Program-made: the position numbers and the translations under genes
IMG/VR virus record: IMGVR_UViG_3300026176_000228
Location: 40,756-104,755 of that record
Direction: 5' to 3' (one strand)
Source: a virus
Taxonomy: Duplodnaviria > Caudoviricetes
Length of the DNA stretch: 64,000 nucleotides
Part shown: piece after piece, positions 56,024 through 64,000 of the stretch
How the letters are laid out: every line of letters starts with the position of its first letter
Position numbering within the stretch: the stretch's first letter is position 1
The notes under the pieces: generated by a model
Database searches by the model: none
What the model was told of the DNA's origin: nothing
Seen by the model: only the letters and a program-made list of their open reading frames with translations

Positions 56024-56226
56024 GCAATCAGACGAGGCTCTGGAAGCTGATGACTATGGCGTGGATTATCGCATGTTTGAGATGGATGTGAATACCTACG
56101 CGGCGGATGTTGCGCTGGATAGCCTAGAAGCTATCGCGGATGCAACTGGTGATACTGAACTCAATGGTCAAGTTTACCTCTCGCGAATTCAACTAACCCT
56201 CAATTCATAACAGGAGTTTTTCTATA

Positions 56227-57492
56227 ATGAGTGCTAAGTTTGTCCTAAACGAAGATTTCGTTCCTGACGCCATGCCGGAAGCCTTGCCCCAATCGCCGTG
56301 GGGTATCATCGGTCAATTTCACATGGCTCCCATGTGGCGGCTCCAGTGCAATCTAACTGCCGCACAGCGTGAGGCTTACCGGGCCGCGTTGAATGCGGGT
56401 CAACTGCCGAAGCCAGATGATGCACTGCTCCCACCTGTCAAACCGAGCCGCAAAAATCCTGAGGTTGAGCAGTCATGGTGTTCGTTCTACTACCGCAGCA
56501 AGGCTAACGCGGATAAGCTGGCGGCATGGATCAATGAGAACACTGAACTGGTCACTTTCATGGGTAAGGACAAGGAAGGCAACGACGAAGAGCGCAAGAT
56601 TGAAAACAAGCCTGTCCGTGTCCAGCGCCGCGTGGTAGACATCGAAACCATTTTGGATGAGGACCAGCGTGAACGGACCCAGAAGCGCGCGGGTGAAGGC
56701 AGCAAGTACTTCGGTTGGGATACCTTCGTGCAAGCTCCTGACTGGAAGTCCAATCGCCGCTACGTAAGTCAGATGATTGACCTGCCTGCGTTTGTCGCTG
56801 CGGCTGCTAAGTTTATGGATTATCCGGGTGAGTTCGACCTGTCACCCCTACTGGAACGGGTTGAGGATGACCGCGATCCTTACACTAAGGATTACGAAGT
56901 CGCGCTGCTAGGTGACTTAAATCAAGCCAACATGGACTGGAATGGTGTACTCGGTCAGCAACGCCGCAAGCTATGGGAAACCTTGGGTGAAAAGGAATTC
57001 GGCCACTACGAGTTGGCTGGCACGGTCAATGCGCAGGGCAAGCCAAGCAAGTATGCCGCGAATCCCGGTGGGAAACTGAATAACTGTCTGCGGGCTTACT
57101 GGTTGGGAACGAAAGAGCCAGTGTGGCTGGAACTGGCAGAAGTCAATGACCCGCGCGTGGATGCACAGCGCGAAGGTACTTCCGGTGATGGCACGTCGCG
57201 TATGTATCGCGATAAGATTGCAGTCGTAGCACGGTTCTTCGATGACCAAGCTGCGGCGCAGAAGGTGGTGGATGCCCGTACTTCGGAGCGCGGTGAGGAA
57301 GCTGAGACTGAAGCACCTGTCAACAACGTGCCGGATTATCCTGCTGAGATTGCTAAGACTGGACCGATTTACAAGAAGCTGCAAGCCCGATGGGATAAGG
57401 AAGCTCAGGCTATGACTGATGAGCAGTTGACTGAAGAATTCGGTGTGAGCGCAGAAGAGTTGGGGATTTGGCGCACGTACTGGAATAGCTAA
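56227..57492 (+). CDS. Hypothetical protein in the replication/recombination module
   Basis: 421 aa, AGGAG RBS; function not recognised. Confidence 0.65.
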   Translation: MSAKFVLNEDFVPDAMPEALPQSPWGIIGQFHMAPMWRLQCNLTAAQREAYRAALNAGQLPKPDDALLPPVKPSRKNPEVEQSWCSFYYRSKANADKLAAWINENTELVTFMGKDKEGNDEERKIENKPVRVQRRVVDIETILDEDQRERTQKRAGEGSKYFGWDTFVQAPDWKSNRRYVSQMIDLPAFVAAAAKFMDYPGEFDLSPLLERVEDDRDPYTKDYEVALLGDLNQANMDWNGVLGQQRRKLWETLGEKEFGHYELAGTVNAQGKPSKYAANPGGKLNNCLRAYWLGTKEPVWLELAEVNDPRVDAQREGTSGDGTSRMYRDKIAVVARFFDDQAAAQKVVDARTSERGEEAETEAPVNNVPDYPAEIAKTGPIYKKLQARWDKEAQAMTDEQLTEEFGVSAEELGIWRTYWNS

Positions 57493-57581
57493 GCGATTGG
57501 GTTGATGTTGACTGATTGATGGGTTGAGTTGAGGGGCTGCATTAGAAATAGTGTGGCCCCTTGTTTTTAGAAAGGTCTAAC

Positions 57582-57962
57582 ATGAGCACTAAACTAGAGG
57601 CTCTGCTACAACAACTAGCTGAACTGGAAGATGATTTATACGGCTATCAGCAAGACCGCCAAGGTACGATTCAAGCTATCATGGCTCCGGTACAAAAGGC
57701 CATTGATGAGGTCAATGCCGCGTATACGCCTAAACTCGCGGAACTGGAAACTGCCTGTGCCGCTATTCGCGCTGAAGTCGAAGCTGAAGTCTTGGCACAG
57801 CAAGCCACTTACAAGGGTACGCACTGGCAGGTAGTCTACAGCAAACCCGCGGTCACATGGGATGGTAAGAAACTGGAAGGCATGATGCTGATGATTCCGC
57901 AACTGGAAGGCGCACGTAAGGTCGGTCAACCTAAAGTATCCTGGCGACAGGTTAAGTCATGA
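57582..57962 (+). CDS. Gam/Gp157-like coiled-coil protein
   Basis: Coiled coil then V.WD.K.L.G...RK.G.P. Confidence 0.5.
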   Translation: MSTKLEALLQQLAELEDDLYGYQQDRQGTIQAIMAPVQKAIDEVNAAYTPKLAELETACAAIRAEVEAEVLAQQATYKGTHWQVVYSKPAVTWDGKKLEGMMLMIPQLEGARKVGQPKVSWRQVKS

Positions 57963-58222
57963 CGATTTATAACCATAACCAACGCATTCACGTCGAAGGT
58001 AAGCAGAAGAATATTCCAGGCTTTCGGAAAACCGAAGTTCAGGCTTGTTTTACCTGTAAATGGATGGATTTAGAAGAGTCGTTCTGCACTAAGTTCAAAC
58101 TGGAATTCGAGTCCGAAGATGACGCGGTAACAGTTGAGAATCTGTATGAATATGTCTGCAATCAGTGGCGCGATGTGTTTACCGCATCGGTCACACTGGA
58201 TGACCCTGATAGGTTGAACTGA
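57959..58222 (+). CDS. Small Cys-containing protein
   Basis: CFTC...C...C. Confidence 0.5.
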   Translation: MTIYNHNQRIHVEGKQKNIPGFRKTEVQACFTCKWMDLEESFCTKFKLEFESEDDAVTVENLYEYVCNQWRDVFTASVTLDDPDRLN

Positions 58223-59145
58223 TGCTCTACTATGACCCAACCGAAGGTGATACTGATACTAGAGTAGGTAAGTTACTGCTCAGGGCCGCACGCGCGCTCA
58301 CGGGTCTGGAAGAATTGACCGGCGCAGACTGGCTGATTACACCTACCACGGAAAATGTTTTGGAGCGCGCGAAATTACCGGCTGAAAAAGCTGAATTAGC
58401 TATCCAGTGTCAGGCGGGGATTCTGATTCAGCGTAAGGCCGGTAATGACGCGCTACAGAGTATCCCTGAATGGACCAGGATACTACACAAGATGTGTTCA
58501 TGGACTACACGACCCTGGCTGGTGACGATAGGCTGCTATGAACGCACAACAGGTGTACCGGCTAAGGTGGTAGTAGATAATAAGGTTTCGGGTTGGGACT
58601 GGAACGCGTGGCTTGGTGCGCTGACGCACTGGCAGTACCGTGGACTCAACGGCACCAGCGGGTACTATCTCAATCTACCGACCGATAGCGCGTTTACCGA
58701 TTGGTGTCTGTGGCAGGATAAACAAACACCGGATGACTTAGCGGATATCGCGTATGTCCCGCGGCATCCCCAACAGAAGATTGTCTTGCCTGATGAGAGC
58801 GTGGAGTATCATGACGCGCTTAGATTTCTGTTGCAGATTCCGGGCATTGGCTTGGAGTCCGCATTGAAACTATGGAAGTACTGTGGCTCACTGAAACTGC
58901 TGGTCATGCTATTGTCGGACCCCATCACCTTTAAGCAATTGAAGAAAGCTGACCAGAAGGGCGATAAGTTGCTCGCGGGTGTGGGACCAGATGTGGTGAC
59001 TAAATTCAGAACTGTCATGGGCTTAGGAGAACGCACGGTAGATGAGGTCATGCAGTATGAGACATTAGTGCCTACATTTGACGCGCGAGCTTTCAAGGTG
59101 ACAGAAGTTATCGTGGAGAACGAGGCTTCCGCAACACCTTTTTAG
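58222..59145 (+). CDS. ERCC4-like nuclease with helix-hairpin-helix
   Basis: GAD, IQRK..D, IPGIG and GVG HhH motifs. Confidence 0.6.
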   Translation: MLYYDPTEGDTDTRVGKLLLRAARALTGLEELTGADWLITPTTENVLERAKLPAEKAELAIQCQAGILIQRKAGNDALQSIPEWTRILHKMCSWTTRPWLVTIGCYERTTGVPAKVVVDNKVSGWDWNAWLGALTHWQYRGLNGTSGYYLNLPTDSAFTDWCLWQDKQTPDDLADIAYVPRHPQQKIVLPDESVEYHDALRFLLQIPGIGLESALKLWKYCGSLKLLVMLLSDPITFKQLKKADQKGDKLLAGVGPDVVTKFRTVMGLGERTVDEVMQYETLVPTFDARAFKVTEVIVENEASATPF

Positions 59146-59258
59146 GAGTGTAAAAATGTCCTATGCTTTATGGGGCTTGATTTTTGTGGTCGGTAGTGGA
59201 CTGGCAATAACTTTGTTCGTGCTGGCCGCGCTACGTATAACTGTAGATATCGAGGAAG

Positions 59259-60353
59259 ATGATGGCAACCAAAACACAGAGTAATCCAACTGGACCGGCT
59301 AAACCGGTATCCATTCTACGACCGGAATTCAACGGCAGTATGTTTATCGGTGGTAAGCGCGGTATGGGTAAGACCTATCTCGCGGCGCAAGCTGAGAATC
59401 CCGCGTTGACCGTGTTCTTTGACTTTGATGAGCAAAAGGGTGAAGGTCTGCATAAGCAACTAGGCTTTGGCAGATATTATCCCATGACTTCACTGGCCGC
59501 GAATAAGGGTGCGGTGGCGCTCTGGAATCTGTTTGAAGAAAAAATCAAGGAACTGCCGGAAGGCGAGTTTACGACCGCGATTATCGACAATGTTTCACCG
59601 CTGGAATCCGCGATGAACGCAGAAGTCCTGCGTGACCCTGGTTTCTACGCCAAGCGTTACGGCATGGTGCAGAAGAATATCGTGGATGGCGCGTTTGGCG
59701 GTTCTAAGGGCGCGGTGAATTATATGATTTCTGACCGCATCTCTGCCGCGTTGCACGCTAAGGGGATTCGGCTGATTATCGTCACCGCACATGTCAAGGA
59801 TGACTTTCAGAAACGCGGTAAAAAGAATCTCAAGGGCGCGGATAGATGGCATGAGATTGGGATTCTGACCCTGATTCTGATTCCCAATCGCACCGCACCT
59901 TTCCCGCCTGCGGCACTGGTGGTGAAAGAGCAGTTGGGTTCAATGGCTTTCGATGCGGCAACGGGTGAGTTTACCGTGGTGCGCAGGTTGCCGCAGCGGT
60001 TGCCGGTCGCGACTTTCAAAAACATTCGGGATTATCTGGACAATCCAGTAGACCTAGCTAGTCCTGATCCCGAAGAAGTACCCACGACAGAAGAATCCAA
60101 TCCTTACGATGATGAATTGAGCAAGGAACAGATTGCCCTGATGCGCGCGGAAGCTGAACTCTCATTGGTTGAGAGACAGCAGCAAGTCTTGGTGATGGAA
60201 CGCGAGAACGCGGAGTTGAGTAATAATCCCTTCGCGCGCAAGCCTAATCCAGAGGATGTCGCCAAGCAGATGCTCGCGGATGGCAAGAGTGATACGGAGA
60301 TTATCGCGGAGACAGGTGTGAGTAAAGTCGTTTTGCGGGCGTTGAAAGGTTAG
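59259..60353 (+). CDS. AAA-24/Sak4-like ATPase
   Basis: GKRGMGKT, IIDN, IIVTAH. Confidence 0.7.
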   Translation: MMATKTQSNPTGPAKPVSILRPEFNGSMFIGGKRGMGKTYLAAQAENPALTVFFDFDEQKGEGLHKQLGFGRYYPMTSLAANKGAVALWNLFEEKIKELPEGEFTTAIIDNVSPLESAMNAEVLRDPGFYAKRYGMVQKNIVDGAFGGSKGAVNYMISDRISAALHAKGIRLIIVTAHVKDDFQKRGKKNLKGADRWHEIGILTLILIPNRTAPFPPAALVVKEQLGSMAFDAATGEFTVVRRLPQRLPVATFKNIRDYLDNPVDLASPDPEEVPTTEESNPYDDELSKEQIALMRAEAELSLVERQQQVLVMERENAELSNNPFARKPNPEDVAKQMLADGKSDTEIIAETGVSKVVLRALKG

Positions 60354-60364
60354 GTTTTTAGCAT

Positions 60365-61546
60365 ATGCCAAAATTGCTGGAAGTTGACGCGCGCACATTG
60401 TATAACTGGTTAGCCAGTGGCGCGCGGGTAATTTCTGGCGCAGGCGAGGGCATCTGGCAGATGGCTCTAGTGGAGTATCTGCCAGATGCTTTGCGCTTGA
60501 CGACCAGTAATAATAGTGTGCAGTTGCAATTGGTGACACCCATTGATGGTGTACACCGAGAAGCGGTAAGTTTCTGCTTGCCCATGACGCAGCCTAAACC
60601 CTTCCCGAATGATAAATTAGGTAAGTGGCTGGATTACGTCACGGGACCAGTAGTGTTGAGTTGGGATGCCAAGAGTCTGGTGCTGACCTTGAGCGCGGCG
60701 AAGAATAAGATGACGCTGCATTGTCAAGCCGCGGAAGATTATCCTACTTGGGCCGCATGGGAACGCGCGGCTGAGGCTGAGGTTACAGTTAGCGGTGAAG
60801 CTCTAACAACCCTGGTCAAGCGCACGGTCTTCGCGGTCGCTGATGAAAACACATCAGTGAGTAGGCCCGGTCTGGAAGGCGTATGGCTTAGACCAGACTT
60901 GGGTTGTGCCGTGTCTAGTGATGGTAATAGTGTAGTATTCGCGGGTGATTATCAGAATTTAGCTAACGCGGTAGACCAGGGCGCAGTCATTCCCAAGACG
61001 ACCTGGAATCTGGTCAAGAACATCTTCGGCGCGGCTGAGACAGTCGCGTATGAGAGCAGTCCGCGCGGCGTGCGTTTTGAGGCGCAGATGGGTACGGAAA
61101 GCTTGCGCTTGATTGGACAGCGCCTGGCGGTGCCTTTTCCGAATATGTTTAGCTTGATGCAGAACTCGTTAGCGAAACGCGTCGCGGAACAGACCCTGAC
61201 AACGGGAATACTCAAGGCTAATGAATTAGCTAAAGGTTTGAGTGCGGCTCTGACTTTCTCGACCAGCAATAGCTTTGGCAAGATTGGTCTACGACCGACT
61301 GAAGATACGCTGTGGTTGAGTGGGGTGGATGCCGAGACTGGCGCGGTGGAGATCGCGGTCGCGGGTGAATTTACGGGTAAGCTAACACCCATTTTTATCA
61401 GTGGTAAATATCTTCAGGAAGGCTTGAAGCCTTTGGGGGATAGCCTGATTGTGTTGCAGTTTGGCAACGCGAAACAAGCGTTGACTTTTGAGCCGCAGGA
61501 AAAGCAGGATTATCTGTATCTCGCGGCACCCATGACGGGGAGCTAA
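60365..61546 (+). CDS. DNA sliding clamp (beta subunit-like)
   Basis: AEDYP, RTVFAVA...RP.LEGV, SDG, FPN, YL.E.L, YLAAPM; three-domain length. Confidence 0.8.
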   Translation: MPKLLEVDARTLYNWLASGARVISGAGEGIWQMALVEYLPDALRLTTSNNSVQLQLVTPIDGVHREAVSFCLPMTQPKPFPNDKLGKWLDYVTGPVVLSWDAKSLVLTLSAAKNKMTLHCQAAEDYPTWAAWERAAEAEVTVSGEALTTLVKRTVFAVADENTSVSRPGLEGVWLRPDLGCAVSSDGNSVVFAGDYQNLANAVDQGAVIPKTTWNLVKNIFGAAETVAYESSPRGVRFEAQMGTESLRLIGQRLAVPFPNMFSLMQNSLAKRVAEQTLTTGILKANELAKGLSAALTFSTSNSFGKIGLRPTEDTLWLSGVDAETGAVEIAVAGEFTGKLTPIFISGKYLQEGLKPLGDSLIVLQFGNAKQALTFEPQEKQDYLYLAAPMTGS

Positions 61547-61548
61547 AG

Positions 61549-61794
61549 ATGACACATATACCACGTTTGGCAACGGACAAAGAAATCATACGCGACGCGA
61601 TTATTCGCTGGCTACTAATTGGTGCCCTGCCTGGACTGCCCGTAATGGGATTAGGCTGGCATTGGCTAGGCGACGGCTGGACTTTCAACGCAACTGTAGC
61701 CATGGGTTTTCTGATGTTTGTGTTAGGCGGAGCCTGGGCAGGTGCATGGCTATTGACCTTTATCAAGGCTACGCATGATTATCTACAAGGATGA
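61549..61794 (+). CDS. Membrane protein
   Basis: Two TM segments. Confidence 0.5.
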   Translation: MTHIPRLATDKEIIRDAIIRWLLIGALPGLPVMGLGWHWLGDGWTFNATVAMGFLMFVLGGAWAGAWLLTFIKATHDYLQG

Positions 61795-61797
61795 ACG

Positions 61798-62115
61798 ATG
61801 ACTACCGCACGTAAGATTATCATTGGCTTGCTAGTATTGAGTTTCCTGTTGGCAGTTGGCTTTACTCTGGCTGAGAGTGCGCACGCGGCTCCCTTAGTAG
61901 GTGGGGCTGTGGCGGGTTTTACTGACGCACCCGCCACTATTACTAGTATCAGGTATGGTCCATTTTATAGTACTGTGACGGTCAAGATTGAAGGCTCCAG
62001 CGTGCAGGGCATGCGGAATGTCGCGAATATCGGTCATTGGATCAAGGGCGAGCGCGTATACGTGACCGGCATTGCCAATTATGGCTGGTTGCAGTGGTTT
62101 AGCATGCATCGGTAG
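61798..62115 (+). CDS. Secreted protein
   Basis: Signal peptide ending AHA. Confidence 0.5.
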   Translation: MTTARKIIIGLLVLSFLLAVGFTLAESAHAAPLVGGAVAGFTDAPATITSIRYGPFYSTVTVKIEGSSVQGMRNVANIGHWIKGERVYVTGIANYGWLQWFSMHR

Positions 62116-62159
62116 GAGTAGACTGAACAATGGAGTTCAGTCGGAGAAAGGAACATTGG

Positions 62160-62369
62160 ATGCCTAAGACTATATATATTCCCAAGGATGCCAAGAGTGA
62201 CGGTGTTGATATTACCTGGACGCCTTCAGCGCAGCGTCTGGATATTGGTGGCTGGTATGACTCATTTGTTGGCATAGGACATGAATCTATGACTCTGCGT
62301 GAGTTCTTTGAGCGTCTTGGTATCACCGAAAAGGATTGCCAAAAAGCTTTCAGAAAGACTAGAGTCTAA
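62160..62369 (+). CDS. Hypothetical protein
   Basis: Operon packing, RBS. Confidence 0.45.
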   Translation: MPKTIYIPKDAKSDGVDITWTPSAQRLDIGGWYDSFVGIGHESMTLREFFERLGITEKDCQKAFRKTRV

Positions 62370-62602
62370 TGGACGCTAAAAAATACATTGGTAAGCTGGT
62401 GGTAGTCGCGCACTGGGATGATTTTGATTACCCGATGGACCCTGTGCAATTGGGTATCCTGGAGCGCATTGAAGATGAACGTTTCTATATCATGGGTAGT
62501 AAACGCGGGTGGCAGCATTGTCGTCCTGTAAGTCGCAGACATTTAAAAATCGAGAGTAAACCTAATACCGATTCTAGTAGAAATGAAAACGAGGCAACGT
62601 AA
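62369..62602 (+). CDS. Hypothetical protein
   Basis: TAATG coupling. Confidence 0.45.
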   Translation: MDAKKYIGKLVVVAHWDDFDYPMDPVQLGILERIEDERFYIMGSKRGWQHCRPVSRRHLKIESKPNTDSSRNENEAT

Positions 62603-62916
62603 TGACCGAAGAACCCCTGGATACATTCAGTCCTATCAGTGAATGGTTTGAACTGTCCTATGCGCAATACCTGACTGTCCCGCGCCTAGTCATGGAATCC
62701 ATGCCTAAAGCTTGGCAGGAACAGATGGCTAAACTACTCCAAGAAATGGATGATACTTTTGATTGGCGACCGACAGAGGGTCGCTACTGGGTGCGACTCA
62801 GGGATGCCAAAGGTAGGTTTAGTGATGCACCCTTGCATGATTATCGGCACGGGAATATTGAACATCTACGTTGGTCTAATATGAAAGCTGTGTCTGAGAA
62901 TGATAGTAAAACCTAA
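62602..62916 (+). CDS. Conserved-type phage protein
   Basis: WFELSYAQYLTVPR..MESMP..WQ...DYRHG. Confidence 0.55.
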   Translation: MTEEPLDTFSPISEWFELSYAQYLTVPRLVMESMPKAWQEQMAKLLQEMDDTFDWRPTEGRYWVRLRDAKGRFSDAPLHDYRHGNIEHLRWSNMKAVSENDSKT

Positions 62917-63124
62917 GGACTTACGTAAAAAACCACGTTGGCTTCAAAAATGGTATGCTAACCTACGAGGTTACTTTTGGTTGCCTTGTCCATTGTGCGG
63001 AGAATACTTTGGTGGACATGAATGGCGTACAGGCGATTACCTATTTTATAGTGATAGAAATGCTTCAGGTGTTTGTCCTAACTGCGGTGAAAAAGCTAAA
63101 CAATTGAGCAAAGAATATCAATGA
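62900..63124 (+). CDS. Zn-ribbon protein
   Basis: GYFWLPCPLCG..FGGHE...CPNC. Confidence 0.5.
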   Translation: MIVKPKDLRKKPRWLQKWYANLRGYFWLPCPLCGEYFGGHEWRTGDYLFYSDRNASGVCPNCGEKAKQLSKEYQ

Positions 63125-63678
63125 CTAATCTAAATCAACCCGAACCCACGCCTACACCCAATCAACTGCCTGCCATGTGGCCGCTGGTGATTGCGGATAT
63201 GCAAGCCAGAGACGCTGAAGGCAGACAACACTACGGTACACCCTTACAACCCTTCAATAAGCGCAATCCTGCGGTGGATAAGTATCAGGAAGCCTTGGAT
63301 TTGGTCGTCTATTTCAGGCAGCAACTGTTCGAGGACGCGCTTTCAGAGAGACAGGCGATCAAGGCTCTATTAACAGATATCATAAACGCGCCAGTTTTGT
63401 CAAGGACTTGGGGGGATGAGTTTTGTCCAGTCTGTGAAAAGCCTACACTAACTGATGATGATTGTGAGGACTTGGATCGCTTTATAGAGATGTACGGTAT
63501 AGATAGCCCTGAATATCAAGAGAAACTACAACAGTCTTGCGATGGACGCTGTTACGAGGACCGGCGTCTAATCTGGTATGCACTCTGTGGGCTAAGGACG
63601 AAATACGAAGTCTTGCAGCGCGCGCTCAAGGACGCGGTACTACAAGAAATCGCGCAGATGGAGTTAGAGGATGGGTGA
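63121..63678 (+). CDS. Phage protein with all-alpha NTP-PPase-like N-terminus
   Basis: RDAEG..HYGTPLQ.FN.R....YQEALD..VY. Confidence 0.45.
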   Translation: MTNLNQPEPTPTPNQLPAMWPLVIADMQARDAEGRQHYGTPLQPFNKRNPAVDKYQEALDLVVYFRQQLFEDALSERQAIKALLTDIINAPVLSRTWGDEFCPVCEKPTLTDDDCEDLDRFIEMYGIDSPEYQEKLQQSCDGRCYEDRRLIWYALCGLRTKYEVLQRALKDAVLQEIAQMELEDG

Positions 63679-63916
63679 GATTAGATGTAAGCACTGTGGA
63701 CAAGTCAATATCTTAGAGGGCTTAGTGACCCTGCCAGCATCGGAGCCGTGGACCTGCTCTAACTGTGGTAAGGAGTTGTATAAGATGGAACTGATTGATT
63801 ATGTGAATCTAGTCGAGCGCATTGTGGAGATTGTGCAGGATGCGAGTTTGTCAACTCAGGATTCGTTTGATGAGATTTGGCAACTGTTGAAGGATAGAGG
63901 ATTGTTGGACGCCTAA
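63671..63916 (+). CDS. Zn-ribbon protein
   Basis: CKHC...CSNC. Confidence 0.5.
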   Translation: MGEIRCKHCGQVNILEGLVTLPASEPWTCSNCGKELYKMELIDYVNLVERIVEIVQDASLSTQDSFDEIWQLLKDRGLLDA

Positions 63917-64000
63917 CGACCCTTAGGGGAGGTATGCTATGCCGGTGTTTTGGGATGTTGAAGCCTCTGTTTTCTGTGATAAGACCGGCTGCAAGGCCCG

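Overview
This window is part of a tailed dsDNA phage genome. The host is probably a Chloroflexota (Anaerolineae-like) bacterium; this is inferred only from protein motifs. Minus-strand virion genes fall in two blocks. The first (1-16.5 kb) holds head-tail adaptor paralogues, GC-rich virion/glycosidase genes, a major capsid gene split by a group I intron carrying an antisense HNH gene, cement, scaffold, holin, a TnpB element, an aldo/keto reductase and an XkdF-like protease. The second (46.3-52.8 kb) holds an intein-containing TerL, TerS, a phosphoesterase and a portal with an N-terminal MerR-type HTH. Between them lie a repeat- and hairpin-rich non-coding zone (21.2-25.2 kb) and a ~23 kb plus-strand array of small genes and non-coding units. 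Almost every unit of the array is bounded by the 16-bp palindrome TTTGGCATATGCCAAA (about 43 copies counted by eye, including degenerate ones). Several neighbouring copies extend into long duplexes with compensatory changes that enclose structured RNA-like cassettes, and the array also carries two aberrant tRNA-like elements and an RNA ligase. The right end (53-64 kb) is a replication/recombination/modification module: DNA MTase, deaminase, XRE HTH, ERCC4-like nuclease, Sak4-like ATPase and sliding clamp. The phage backbone also appears strongly enriched in CGCG. All counts and alignments were done by eye; no searches were run.
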